A stretch of 64,000 nt of DNA, from positions 121,396,001-121,460,000 of the forward strand of contig NC_086104.1 in the NCBI RefSeq assembly GCF_963921235.1. The letters run 5' to 3'. The translations under genes were made by a program, and so were the position numbers. Under the pieces are notes generated by a model. The model did no database searches and was not told the origin of the DNA. It saw only the letters and a program-made list of their open reading frames with translations. This document shows, piece by piece, positions 11,037-23,471 of this stretch (positions within the stretch are counted from its first letter, which is position 1; the number at the start of each line of letters is the position of its first letter). The stretch comes from Mobula hypostoma (lineage: Eukaryota).

Positions 11037-13318
11037 AAGAATGCTTGTAGCGTCATTTGAGAGACCAGTAATTTGAAAGACAAAGGGGTGGGGAGGGGAA
11101 GCAATGACGTCATAGCCCTGAAAACAATGGGTGGTAGAAGAAGGAGGCGGAACCATGAGGGAGTTGGGAGAGGGGGTAGAGTGAAATAGGGATAGAGGAA
11201 GGGAGGGGGAGGGAATTACCAGAAGTTGGAGAATTCTATGTTCATACCAAGGGGCTGGAGACTACCTAGACGGTATATGAGGTGTTGCTCCTCCAGTCTG
11301 AGTTTAGCCTCATCATGGCAGTAGAGGAGGCCATGTATGGACATATCTGAATGGGAATCGGAAGCAGAGTTGAAGTGGGTGGCTGCCGGGAGATCCTGTC
11401 TGTTGTGGCGGACAGAGTGGAGATGCTCGACGAAGCGGTCCCCCAATCTGCGTCGGGTTTCACCGATGTAGAGGAGGCCACACCGGGAGTACCGGATGCA
11501 ATAGATGACCCCAACAGACTCACAAGTGAAGTGTTGCCTCACCTGGAAGGACTGTTCGGGGCCCTGAATCATTGCAAGAGATGAAGTGTAGGGACAGGTG
11601 TAGCACTTACGCTTACAGGGATAAATGCCGGGTGGGAGATCAGTGGGGATGGACGTGTGGATAAGGGAGTCGTGGAGGGACCGATCCCTGCGAAAAGTGG
11701 AGAGGGGTGGAGAGGGAAGGATGTGCTTAGTGGTGGGGTCCTGTTGAAGGTGGCGGAAGTTGCAGAGGATAATGTGCTGGATCTGGAGGCTGGTGGAGTG
11801 GTATGTAAGGACAAGGGGAACACTGACCCTGTTGTGGTTGCGAGAGGATGGGGTGAGGGCCGAAGTGCGGGAAATGGAGGAGATGCGAGTGAGGGCATCA
11901 TTGATGACGGTAGAAGGGAAACCACGATCCTTAAAGAAAGAGGACATTTGAGATGTCCTGGAATGGAAGGCCTCATCCTCGGAGCAGATGCGGCGGAGAT
12001 AGAGGAACTGGGAATAGGGAATGGCATTTTTGCATGTGGTGGGGTGGGAAGAGGTATAGTCGAGGTAGTTATGAGATTCAATGGGCTTGTAGAAGATGTC
12101 AGTGGACAGTCTGTCTCCAGAGATGGAGACCAAGACATCGAGAAAGGGGAGAGAAGTGTCCGAGATAGACCAAGTGAATTTGAGGGCTGGGTGGAAGTTT
12201 GAAGTAAAGTCGGTGAAATTGACGAGCTCAGCATGGGTGCAGGAAGCAGCACCAATGTAGTCGTTAATGTACCAAAGGAAAAGTTAGGGAGCAGTACCAG
12301 AATAGGTCTGGAGTACAGACTGTTCCACATAACCAACGAAGAGGCAGGCGTAGCTGGGTCCCATGCAAGTTCTTATAGCTACACCCTTAGTCTGAAGAAA
12401 GTGGGAAGAGCCAAAAGAGAAGTTATTAAGTGTGAGAACCAGTTCTGCCAACCGAAGGAGGGTAATGGTGGTGGGGAACTGGTGAGGTCTATTATCCAGG
12501 AAGTAGCGGAGGGTTTTGAGGCCTTCTTGATGGGGAATGGAGGTGTATAGGGATTGGAAATTCATAGTAAAAATGTAGCAGTTGGGACCAGGGAATTGGA
12601 AGTTATTGAAGAGATGGAGGGCATGGGATGTTTCCTGGATGTAGGTGGGGAGGGACTGAACTATGGGTGACAAAATGGAGTCCAGGTAGGCAGATACAAG
12701 TTCGGTGGGGCAGGAGCAGGCAGAAACTATGGGTCTACTGGGACAGTCAGGCTTGTGGATCTTGGGGAGGAGGTAAAACCGAGCAGTGCGGGGTGTGGGA
12801 ATTCTGAGTTTAGTGGCTGAGGATGGAAGGTCTCCTGAGTTGATAAGGGCGGTGATGGTGCGGGAGACAATGGTTTGATGTTTTCTGGTGGGGTCCTGTT
12901 CCAGGGGTAAGTAAGAGGAGGTGTCAGAGAGCTGCCGTTTTGCCTCAGTGCGGTAGAGGTCCATCCGCCAGACTACTACGGCACCACCTTTGTCAGCAGG
13001 TTTGATGGTGAGGGTGGGATTAGTGCGGAGAGAGTGGAGGGCAGTGTGTTCAGAGGGAGTGAGGTTGGAACAGGAGAGAAGAGTGGTGAAGTTGAGACGG
13101 TTGATGTCTCGGCACCAGTTGGAGATGAAGAGATCGAGTTCAGGTAGGAGGCCCGGGCGGGGTGTCCAGGAGGAGGAGGAGGGTTGAAGACAGGAGAAGG
13201 GGTCATCTATAGCGGGAGGGGAATCCTTGCCAAAGAAGTAGGCTCGGAGATGTAGGCGACGGAAGAAGAGTTCAGTGCCATGGTGGGTACGGTATGATAG
13301 GTATGGTAGGTCACTTGC

Positions 13319-13690
13319 GTAGGCTACCGCGTCGAGTTAACGCAGAAGTATAATCATTCACCACCAAAGCGCTAGTTGGCTGTGGGGTTTCTATGCCACT
13401 GTGAGTTTCTTCGTGAGGGCAAGGAAATGCATTTCAAATATTATCGGATGTCGGCAGGTAGAGTTGATGATTTGGTTCGTCGTCTCCGACCATTTATTTC
13501 GCGTCAGGGTACAGACATGATGGAGAAAAGCAACTGGAAATGCATAGGAGGAAATGCGATGCTACCAAGCGGACCAATATCAATTGTTGTGGTCTGTGTC
13601 GCCACGACGCGTGATTGCGAGGTGCACATCACCCTACGGCGTACATTTGACGCTGAAGTATAAATTGGGCTTAAGGCGCATATTGCTATG
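13319..13690 (+). mobile_element. PIF/Harbinger-like transposase N-terminal remnant (5' part at about 10100-10434)
   Basis: ORF 13376-13663 contains [19 protein letters not shown], resembling the Harbinger F..YFRMS motif. Confidence 0.55.
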
Positions 13691-13692
13691 TG

Positions 13693-16600
13693 TGTGTGTG
13701 TGTCAAGTTCGGACTATAGCAGTAAAGAACCATGAAACTTAGTTCCCATCTCCAGTGTTTTTATTAATAACATAGTTATGTAAATAGGCCACATACACAA
13801 CAAATTGGTGATGAGAATTATGAACCTACATCTTATCAGAACGCTGTGTTTTAGTTGATAAGGTCACGTACCCCGTGACGGGAATAAAGAACCAGCAGAG
13901 ATGAAAAACACTTTGGAGTCCAGTATTGCTATTAACTAATAATATTTATTAGTAACTACACAATACAGTAATATAAATGTAAATAAATCAAACAGGTTAG
14001 CAATGATTATACAGAATAATATATAATATGCAAGTATATCAGTAAGTGTGGAAATATATGTATGAAAAACCAAGCTTCTTTAAGTCTAGGGGTAAAAAGA
14101 TACGCTCTTATGATGATGAGTAAAGTTCAGTTCAGTTCAGTTTGTGGTATTTCGTTGAGTAGTGATGGGAAGAGAGAGAGAGAGAGAGAGATTTGAGTCT
14201 TCAGGTGAGCTGATGCAGTCGATCTTCTCGTTGTCCTTCGAAATCCTTTAAAAGTCACCGACTGTGACTTTAACAAAGGGGACCGGTTTTCTGTGGTGGA
14301 GCTATCCCCCAGGCGAGGGTGGACACATGGACAACTCCCCACCAGTCAACCCCTTTCTTTTCCACTGCAAGAGCAATGGATCAATCTGCCTGATTGATTC
14401 TCCAAAACCCACTTTTTCTTCGGGCACAACAATGCTTATTCAGTGTCCAGAACATGTGTCTGAGGTCTATCATCTGACCTCCTATTTTACCTTCCCGTGC
14501 TGAGCATCAACTGTCACTCAAATAACTCCTCCTTCCTCTCTCTGTGAAGAAAATGCAAGCAGGCAAAAGTCCTTGAAGAAGTATCAACAACCTGCCGAAA
14601 ATCATAACATCAATTGTCAATTTAATAACGCCCTCAGTCACCATAGCAACTTATGAGCTGCTTGGTGCTATCTCCACTTTAGCAGAAATCCAAAAGTTAA
14701 CGAGTTCTTTCTCGTGCCTTAAAGTGACAGTATAACAGTCAGTCTTTGTCTCTCTCTCTTCAAAACAAGATATCGATGTTAAATATCTCTCTCTCTCTTT
14801 TCAAAAGCACAGTTAATAGGGGTAATTGAGCACAGTTCAAAGGGGTAATTCAGGACCCCGTCACAATAATGACACTCGGAAAAGAGAGAGAAGGGAGATG
14901 AAAAGGAGTGACACACACATCCAGACGGAGTGCGCTCGTTGCGCTAGCAAAAAGGACATGTGAGTCAAGTGAAACGTGCAATGACGTGTCCCTGAAATGT
15001 GTAAAGAAAACAAGGAAAAATGGGCTAAATTATCATAACAAAGATGGCGATGATTGGAGTCATTACAGTATTTGATAGTGGCATTGAAAACTGGGTAACT
15101 TACATTGAAAAAGTGGAGTTATATTGTGATGCTAACAGTGTTAATGATGAAAAGAAAGCCAGCGTCTTACTCAGTGTTATGGGAGCAAAAACATTGGGGC
15201 TGCTGTGGAGCTTGTCAACCCCTGAGAAGCCAGCTGACAAAACGTTCAAGCAAATAGTAGACACTCTCAAAACAGCATTCAAACCCCAAACCACTGGTAA
15301 ATATTGTTGAAAGATTTAAATTTCACAAACGGAATCAGAGCAAAAATTAAAGCATTTCTGAATATTGTGCTGAGTTGTGCAAATTATCAGAACATTAACA
15401 GTTTGGAGCTGGTCTATCGGACACATTGAGGGACAGGTTAGTGTGTGGCCTGCACTGTGAAACCATACAGAAGAACCTCCTGTGTGAAAAAGACCTTACA
15501 TTAGAGAATGCGCTGAACATTGCAATATCACTGGAAATAGCAACAAAAATCTCTGGAATATGCTGCAAGTAAAATGTCACTGAACAGAAATGAAGGGAAG
15601 AAATGTTACCGCTGTGGGAGCATGTCACATGACACAGAGGACTGCTAGTTTAAAAACAAAGAATGCAGAAACTGTGCTAAACAGGGCCATATTGGCAGAG
15701 TATGCAAAGCTAGTAAACAGCAGAAAAAGGACAAAGTACAGAGAAACAAGAAACCCCAGAAAGGGAAACACAACAGTACACAAAATGAAGGAAAGCAGAT
15801 CTGATGAAAATGACTCAGACAAAAGTGAATTGTCTTGTCTGCAACTTCACAGTGTGAAAGAGACAGATGATCGAAGAGTAATATGGATCACTCCACAAGT
15901 GACAGGCACGAGACTGAAAATGGAGTTGGACACAGGCTCAGCTTTAACAGTGATCTTTGCACACGACTACAAATGACTGCCTCTCACATACCTCTGCAAC
16001 AAATGAAACTACTGCTAAAGACTTACACAGGACAGGGAGTGTGTCCCAAAGGTAAAATTAAAATGACAGTGACCTACAGAGACAAAACACAGCAGCTGAA
16101 CCTCTATGTACTGAAAACTGGAGGACAACCATTGCTGGGACGTGAATGGCTCAGGAAAATCCAGTTGGATTGGTACACCATCAAGGCACTAGATGTGTCA
16201 ACAAAGGAGGGCAGCAAGGCTACATCTGAGAGACTGTCACAAATACTTGCTGACTCTGAGGAAGTTTTCATGACAGGAACAGGAACACTTCAGGGCATGA
16301 AGGCAAAGACTGAGATTGAGGAAAATGCATGTCCAAAATTTCACAAAGCCAGACCAGTGCCATCTGCAATCCATCCACAGTAGAGGCAGAGCTGAAAAAT
16401 CTGGAGCAGACTGGGGTCCTGCCAAAGGTGAGTTAGAGTGAATGGGCCACGCTTATTGTTCCAGTGATGAAGAAAACCTCCAGCACAAAACCAGGAAAAC
16501 CAAGCAAGATGCGCATATGTGGAGACTTTAAAGTGACTGTTAATCCAGTTCTCCGCACAGTACAGTATCCTCTACCTTGTATTGAGGACATCTTTGCTTC

Positions 16601-18963
16601 TCTCTCAGGAAGGGAACATTTCACAAAAATCAATTTGGCCCAGGCTTATCTCCATACGAAAATCGATGAAGCATCTAAGAAATGGCTGAAATAAATGCAC
16701 ACAAAGGACTTTATCAGTACAATAAGTTGCTGTTTGGGATAGCATCAGCTCCTGCAATCTGGCAAAGGGCAATGGACCAGGTTCTTCAGGGGATTCCAGG
16801 GACCAGTGTTACCTAGATGACATCATTGTCACCAGCAAAGATGATGACGAACATCTTTCTAAACTTGAACAAGTGCTCACCAGGTTATGAGAATATGGGC
16901 TCAGAGCTAATCAACAGAAATGTGAGTTTTTCAGAAAGGAAATCTCATACTGTGGGCATGTGATCAACAAGGATGGCTGACACGTGTCTCAAAACAAGAG
17001 AGAAGTGGTGCTTAGGCACCGTCACCTGAAAATGTGTCGCAGCTGAGAGCATATCTTGGACTAGTGAACTGTTACCACAAGTTCTTGCCTAACCTATCCA
17101 CAGTCCTACACCCACTAAATGTACTATTACAGACAGGGACACGATGGAAGTGGACTGAGAGCTGTGAGAGAGCGTTTGAAGAAACTAAAATACTCATAAC
17201 TTCAGAAGGGGTGCTCGCACACTTTGACCCCTCTTTACCAATCCGACTGGCTTGTGATGCCTCACCCCATGGGATAGGAGCTGTGTTATCGCACAAGTTT
17301 CCAGATGGCTCAGAAAGACTTTGCCTCGAGAATGCTAACTTCAGCTGAACGCAACTACGTACAGATTGACAGAGAGGCCCTAAGCCTCATGTGGGGATTC
17401 AAGAAATTCCATCACTACCTGTATGGTCAAAAGTTTACCCTGTTGACTGACCATCAGCCTCTCGTGTCAATCTTCAACCCAAGAAAAGGCGTTCCAGTGA
17501 TGACACAGTGATGACAGTGATGATTGAACACAAGGGGACCAAGCAACATGGCAACGCAGATGGCTTGTCATGTTTACCACTACTGACTTCGGTGATAACT
17601 ACACAAATGGATTCAGCAGAGGTCTTTCACACAACAATAGGTGAACAAACAGCCTCATTGAAAGAGAAACACGCAATGACCGTATGTTGTCAAAAGTGTA
17701 TGACATCACAGTAAAGGGATGGCCAGCACGTGGAAACACTGTTTCCAGACTTCTCAGCAAGGAAGGAGCAGTTGTCAGTGTGTCGGGGAACAGTAATGTG
17801 TGGTTAAATGAAGACAATCACATAGGAAAATACCATTACAGTTCTGAGGGCCATGTTCGCCAGGAATGGCATACCAGAACAAATCTGCACAGACAATGGA
17901 TGACAATTTGTCTCTGAAGAATTCCAAAGTTTTGTGAAGAACAATGGAATCAAGCACTTTACATCTGCTCCTTACCATCCATCCACAAATGGCTTGGCAG
18001 AAAGATTTGTGCAGACATTCAAGAAAGCCGTCAAGGCAAGGGACAGCGAAAATCAATCACTGCAACACAAGATACACAACTTCATCCTTGCCTATCATAA
18101 TGCAGTACATGCAACCACTAATCAGACTCCAGCGATGATGTTTCTGAACAGGAACCTGAGATCCCGCATAGATCTTCTCCAACCAGATGTACGGCGTGAT
18201 GTGGAGAACAGACAGTTCAAACACTTGAACGCTAAGTCAACATGGAGCTTCAGTGAGGGACAGTCAGTTCTTGCACGTGATTACTCGACTGAAAAGTGGC
18301 AGCCGGGTACAATTTCCGCCATAGACAGGCCACTGATGTATGCAGTGGAGGTGGGAGAGAACGTATGGAGACGTCATGTGGACCAAATCCTGGATGCTCA
18401 GGTGAAAAACACAACACCTCGCCCAGAATCCCCTGACATAGAAGCAACACTCCTGATGTGACCACATCAGCCTCATCTACAGATAAGCCTGTCATCAGTG
18501 CTGATGTACCAGTGGAGACTCATTCCCCAAAGCAAACGTTTCAGGACAGACGTTACCCGGAGAGGCAGAGAAGGCCTCACCAGAGACTTGAGCTATAAAT
18601 GAGTCTTAGACCAAAAGTAAAAAGTTAAAAAAAAGCTTGTTATAATTTGATATTATTAAGTTACTTTGTTATAATTTGTAAACAAATGGTAGGCATTTAT
18701 ATGTTAAGGGTAAACATATTTGCTTAGCATAGTGCCCCAGATTTTAAAAAAACATTTAAAATAAAAGGGGAGGAGTGTACCGTATAGCTTACATTATAAT
18801 AAGTGACTACTTTATGTTTTACTAACGTGTTGTTGCATGCGCTATTAGGCGAGTATTGATCTGTTGTGTGTGTCAAGTTCGGACTTTACCAGTAAAGAAC
18901 CATGAAACTTAATTCCTGTCTGCAGCGTTTTTATTAATAACATAGTTGTGTAAACAGGCCACA
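13693..18963 (+). mobile_element. Decayed Ty3/Gypsy LTR retrotransposon (gag, protease, RT, RNase H, integrase)
   Basis: gag from 15044 (NWVTYIEKVELYC), protease MELDTGS, RT RICGDFKVTVN and YLDD, RNase [15 protein letters not shown], integrase HPSTNGLAERFVQTFK. Matching LTR segments at about 13693-13802 and 18776-18963, with PPT aaaaggggaggag. Many stops and frameshifts. Confidence 0.92.
13862..14865 (-). mobile_element. Solo LTR nested in the Gypsy leader
   Basis: Termini (g)gtcacg...gtcaca (TG..CA on - strand) with a 4-bp TSD ATAA at 13858-13861 and 14866-14869. Confidence 0.65.
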
Positions 18964-20423
18964 TGAGAATTACAAGACTTCGGGAACAGCGACACCGAGG
19001 AAGTATGGAATGGACACGATATGGACTCTGCAGGAGCCCCTAGCAGCTCACATGAGAATGACAGTGATGAAACAAAAAGATTGTCAACTATGTCAGATGA
19101 AACTATTGCTAATTAATTTATTGACAAGCTAGTGGCAGATCGATCAACTATTGCTCATTCACCTGCTGAAGGATGAACCTCTGATTCTCAAAGAACAACT
19201 GAAAGTTGACAATGTGTTCTGTCCTCCATTAAGTATCTGATACAGCTGTACTAAATTGTCAATGAGAAACAAATGATAAGTCTTAATTCAAGAACAGGAG
19301 ACTGACAGCATCATATTAGTTATTACTCTGCCAAAGATTTGATCCTATTCACTGAAGGTTCCTCAGTAATTCAAAGGGTTTCAAATGCCTGTTACTGGAA
19401 CGGAGGGTTTGATCAGGTAACATGAAGGGTGAATACCTGTACCTGGGGAGCAGTAAAGCTGTATGTATGGAATTGATCAATCTCAGTTCTCCCTGTCTGC
19501 TGAACAGTACTTATTGGGTATGTGATTACCAGACCTACCCCTGTTCCCCTAGTAGGAGGGGAGGAGAGAGCCGTGTCCCCGGAAGGCCAGCTATATCTTC
19601 CTTACAAAGTGCCCCACATGTGATATTTGGCAGCACTACCTCACCAGCCTCTGTTCCAGCACCAGAGGTCAATAAGATCCAGAGATTCTGATCAATTGGT
19701 CCATATCCCTGTTCATGTATATATCTAAGAGCCTTTTAAACACTCGTCATATCAAATTCAACCGGCACATTCCAGGAATTCACCATGAATGAAAACCTGC
19801 CTCGCACATCCCCTTTCAACCAAATTTATAGCTGCATTCCTCCTAGTGTTAGCCATTACAATCCCAAGGAAAAGATGGCGGCTGTCCATGCCTCTGGTAA
19901 TGTCATAAGATGTCCCCTCACTCTCAAACGCTCCACAAACAACCCCGTCAAACAGTGCAGCCACATTCTAGATTCCTCTGTACATCAACAGTGTTAATGG
20001 TCTGGCCTTTAACCGTGCACTGTCCCTTTACATTTGATCTCACAAACTCCAACACCTCAATTTGTCAGGACTGGACTTCATTGACTATCATCTGTGAACA
20101 CATTGACCCATACATCCAGCAGAAATTGTAGTACAGAAACCCTGCAGAACACCTCCAGTATTCCAACTGGAAGTCATTGACACCTGATCAATCACTATCC
20201 TGTCTTCTAAATCCAAACAGCCAACTTCTGATTCACAGCCAACTCACTGTTGATCCACGTATCTTAATCTGGATGAGCTTCCCATCAGGGATGTTGTCAT
20301 AGACCTTGTAGACAACATCCACAGCTCGACCTTCATCAATCACCCTTGTCACCTCTTCAAAAAATTCAATCAAGTCAAAAGAATCACACGACTTACTATA
20401 CACAATTCAGCCATGGTTTTCCA

Positions 20424-20446
20424 ATGAATACTAACCCAAAGGAACA
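20424..20446 (+). CDS. Putative exon 1 of an uncharacterised IgSF gene (MNTNPKEQ)
   Basis: ATG..CA|gtaaga donor, phase 2, matching exon 2. The Kozak context is weak and a more distant first exon cannot be excluded. Confidence 0.4.
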
Positions 20447-20548
20447 GTAAGAGCAGACAGTTGGACAGTTTCAGCTGTTCATGACTATCTGAGGTGGGAT
20501 CAGATTCTGCGGAGTTCACTCCTCACTTCAACCTATCTTTCTCCTCAG

Positions 20549-20595
20549 GTCCATCGCAGTCTGTGTGTGGCTGTTCATGGTCGTATCGGCTGCTC
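20549..20595 (+). CDS. IgSF gene signal-peptide exon (SIAVCVWLFMVVSAA)
   Basis: ctttctcctcag|G acceptor and CTC|gtaagt donor. Hydrophobic, ends in phase 1. Confidence 0.8.
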
Positions 20596-20887
20596 GTAAG
20601 TACAGCATAGCATAGAGAGAGAATCATTCTGTGTCTGATCCCTGTGATAGGACAGTGTGCAGGGAACTGCATTTCATCAGACCCATGGAGTGGGCAATGG
20701 GACATTGCAGAGGGAGTTTCACCCTGTATCTGGTTCCAGTATGGTATTATGGGGCAGTAGGGAGAGGGAGAGATTCATTGTTTGTCTGACCCTGAGGCTG
20801 TGATAGGGCAGTGTATAGGGAACCACTCTATGAAGGGGAGGAAGACCTCCCTCTGAACCCACTGACTAGATGCTCCTCTCCTGACAG

Positions 20888-21136
20888 GTGAACAGAGCCC
20901 CTGTAAGTTCATTCCAAACACCATCTCCCTCAGCTGTCCCTGCACGATATCCTGGTCCCAGATCCTGTGGCTTCACAACCTCCGACAGTTCCAGGATAAC
21001 TGCACCAGAGGCAAAGGCAACGAACTCCACTGTCAGATTGCCAGCCAGGCCAGGGTGGAAGCTGACAGAGTCACCCTGAACTACACCCGGGTTATCCCTG
21101 GCACCGTCTACTGTGAGATCTCCAGCAACACATCAG
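20888..21136 (+). CDS. IgSF gene Ig-like domain exon (83 codons)
   Basis: ctcctgacag|GT...CAG|gtaagt, phase 1-1, open. Motifs ISLSC, ILWLHN and TVYC, plus extra Cys. This frame is absent from the ORF track. Confidence 0.85.
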
Positions 21137-22059
21137 GTAAGTGCCAATGGGAGAGAGAGTACCGTGAGGGTCTGATACTCCAGACTGCCACCATTCCGAT
21201 GTTTATTCTCTCCGTGCCATTAGAGCAAGACTCTAGTTTCTAGATTCAGAACAGTACAACACACGAACAGGCACTTTGGCCCAAAATACTTTGTCAAATC
21301 GATTAAACCAGTAATTAACTCAGAACTAAATAACTCTCTTCTGCCTGCCCGATGGCCACGTGGCTCCAGTCTCTGCCTGATGGTCCATATCCCTTCCCAG
21401 TCACATCAGCTTCTAATAGGTTCCTTCACGTCTTAATCATATTAGAAATCAGAATTAGTTTATTGTGTCATGTGTACCAAGATAGTGAAAAGCTTGTCTT
21501 GCTCACTGTCCATACAGATCAGATCATTACACAATAGAACAAGGTTAAATAATGACAGGAAGCAGAAAAAAGTGTAGCAGCAACAGAGAAAGTGCAGTAC
21601 AGGTAAACGATAAGGTGATTGATGATAATCTATCTACCTATCATGACGAGGGTCATGGATGGGGTGAATACACATAGCCTTTCTCTCATGGTTATGCGGA
21701 GTTTTAAGCAGCATTTTCACCCAGAAGAAGGTCCATACATGGAATGAGCAGCCAGTTTGGTGCCGGTTACAATAACAACATTTAAAAGTCACACAGAAAG
21801 GTACATGGATGGGAAAGGTTTCAGAATGAATACAAGCCAATGGGACTGGCTCTGTTGGTTTGTCCCCAAAGGGCATGTTTCTATGGAGTGTGATTGTGTC
21901 ACTGAGTCCTGGGACAGACCAGCTCTGTGGGACAGGCTCACCCCTTGCTCCCTTTGCACCGAGCTCACCGCTCCTCCCCACAGGACTCATCCGACCTCGG
22001 AGAAGCGCGGATCGAAGGACAGCAGCTGGGCTCTGAGATGTACCTGCTGTGTTTTGAAG

Positions 22060-22206
22060 GTGTGGAGTGTCCCAGGCAGAGGACACAAGTAGACCAGTTG
22101 TCTATCCCACCACAGACAACATCTCGGAAGCCAGTATCCACTGAGACAGACGGAAGACAGGTGCAGGACAGAATTACGAGTGCACATGAGAAGATAGTAA
22201 TTGCAG
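22060..22206 (+). CDS. IgSF gene stalk exon plus start of TM (GVECPRQRTQ...EKIVIAG)
   Basis: gttttgaag|GT acceptor and GCAG|gtgaat donor. Phase 1-1, S/T/P-rich. Confidence 0.7.
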
Positions 22207-23073
22207 GTGAATTTCCACAGATTTAACAGTTTCTGAATGGTGAAATTCCTCATCATAATTCCAAAGTGACTTCCCTTTATCCCATCACAAACAGGAGAAA
22301 AGCTGCAGATGCTGGATATCCAAGCAGTGCACACAACATATTGGAGGAACTCGGCAGGCCAGACACCACCAATGGAAAAGAGTATGTCATTCAGGATGAA
22401 GGATCTCGGCCTGAAACATTGACTGTTTACTGTTTTACATAAATGTTGCCTGGCCTGCTGAGCTCCCCCAGCATTTTGTGTGTGTCCTTTATCCTGTTGC
22501 TGTTTCCTCGGATTCTGATGGAAATGTCCTCCCTGTGTCCACTCTATCCAGGACTTTCTGTATCCAGGAGGCTTCAATGAGACCCCCTTCCCTCATCATT
22601 CAGAACTCCCAGGAACATCAAACACTTCTCAGGAGTTATTGTGAACTTCTGGACTGACCCCCCGAATGGCACCTTTCATTCAAAGTAACTAGAAACACAC
22701 TGACCAACACAATATTCCAAATGCAGCCTCACCAATGTCTTGCACAACTGCAATGTAATGTTCCAGCTTCTATACTCAGTGACTTGACTGATGAAAGCCA
22801 GTGTGCCAAACACCTTCTTCACCATCCTGTCTACTGGTGACACCATGCCTACAGAACCCTGTACTTGCGATTTAGAAAGGGTTTGGAGAGATACAAAAGG
22901 CAGTGAAGATGGGGAGTAAGTGGGAGTATGGGATGGATGGAGGTACAGCCGGGATGGGTGTGGATGGTGATGCAGCCATGGGAGTGGGGAGGAGGATGGG
23001 TATCAGACTTTCCCATATCAATCGAGTATGTTTCTGGTCAAACCAGTCTAATTGTAACATTTCCATTCTACAG

Positions 23074-23119
23074 GGGTGGTGGGAGTCAGTGTGCTGGTTG
23101 TCCTGGTTGTCGTTCTGTG
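23074..23119 (+). CDS. IgSF gene transmembrane exon (GVVGVSVLVVLVVVLW)
   Basis: ccattctacag|GG...TG|gtaagt. Continues IVIAG into an uncharged TM helix. Confidence 0.85.
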
Positions 23120-23287
23120 GTAAGTAACCTTGTTGCTTCCTGGGGTAGCCTAGTGTTCAGCTCTCTCAACTGCGGCATCCTCGCTCGCCGTCCCTCCGGT
23201 GCCCCACCTCGCTCACTGTCTCCGTGACCCATCTCTGTCACTCAGTGAACAGACTCTCAGTGACCTTCCCCTCTGTTGTACCTCCAG

Positions 23288-23471
23288 GAAACAACGTCAT
23301 AAAATGTGTCCAAGATTGTTGGCCCGAATGGAGATGCAGAGGGTGCCAATGCACAGGGAGATCCCCACTATCAGCAATGTCGATACCTCAAGCAGTAGGT
23401 CCATCAGGTCTCCCCTCAGCCTCCGATACTCCAGAGGAATCTGCTCCAACCCATCCAATCATTCCACGTGA
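23288..23471 (+). CDS. IgSF gene cytoplasmic exon (KQRHKMCPRLLARM...NHST*)
   Basis: gtacctccag|G acceptor in phase 2 gives a basic stop-transfer cluster directly after the TM. TGA ends at 23471. Confidence 0.75.

Larger units (their letters stand above)
10435..13305 (-). mobile_element. Penelope-like element (RT + GIY-YIG endonuclease), frameshifted, inserted in a Harbinger-like remnant
   Basis: RT motifs LLPKIHK..RPIVS and YVEQ. GIY-YIG motif VIYCIRYSRCGLLYIGETRRRLGDRFVEH. A 13-bp direct repeat gtaggtcacttgc flanks it (10422-10434 and 13306-13318). Confidence 0.92.

Noticed and set aside
19300-19620. Possible ERV env/RNase H remnants (LFTEGSS, NSTYWVC)
   Set aside because: Too degraded to support as a feature without a database search.
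20888-21136. Resemblance of ILWLHN and the short Ig exon to CD3 epsilon
   Set aside because: There is no CxxC stalk motif, no acidic TM residue and no ITAM in the predicted tail.
23288-23471. Possible ITIM around LRYSRG in the IgSF tail
   Set aside because: The Y+3 residue is Gly, not Leu/Val/Ile.
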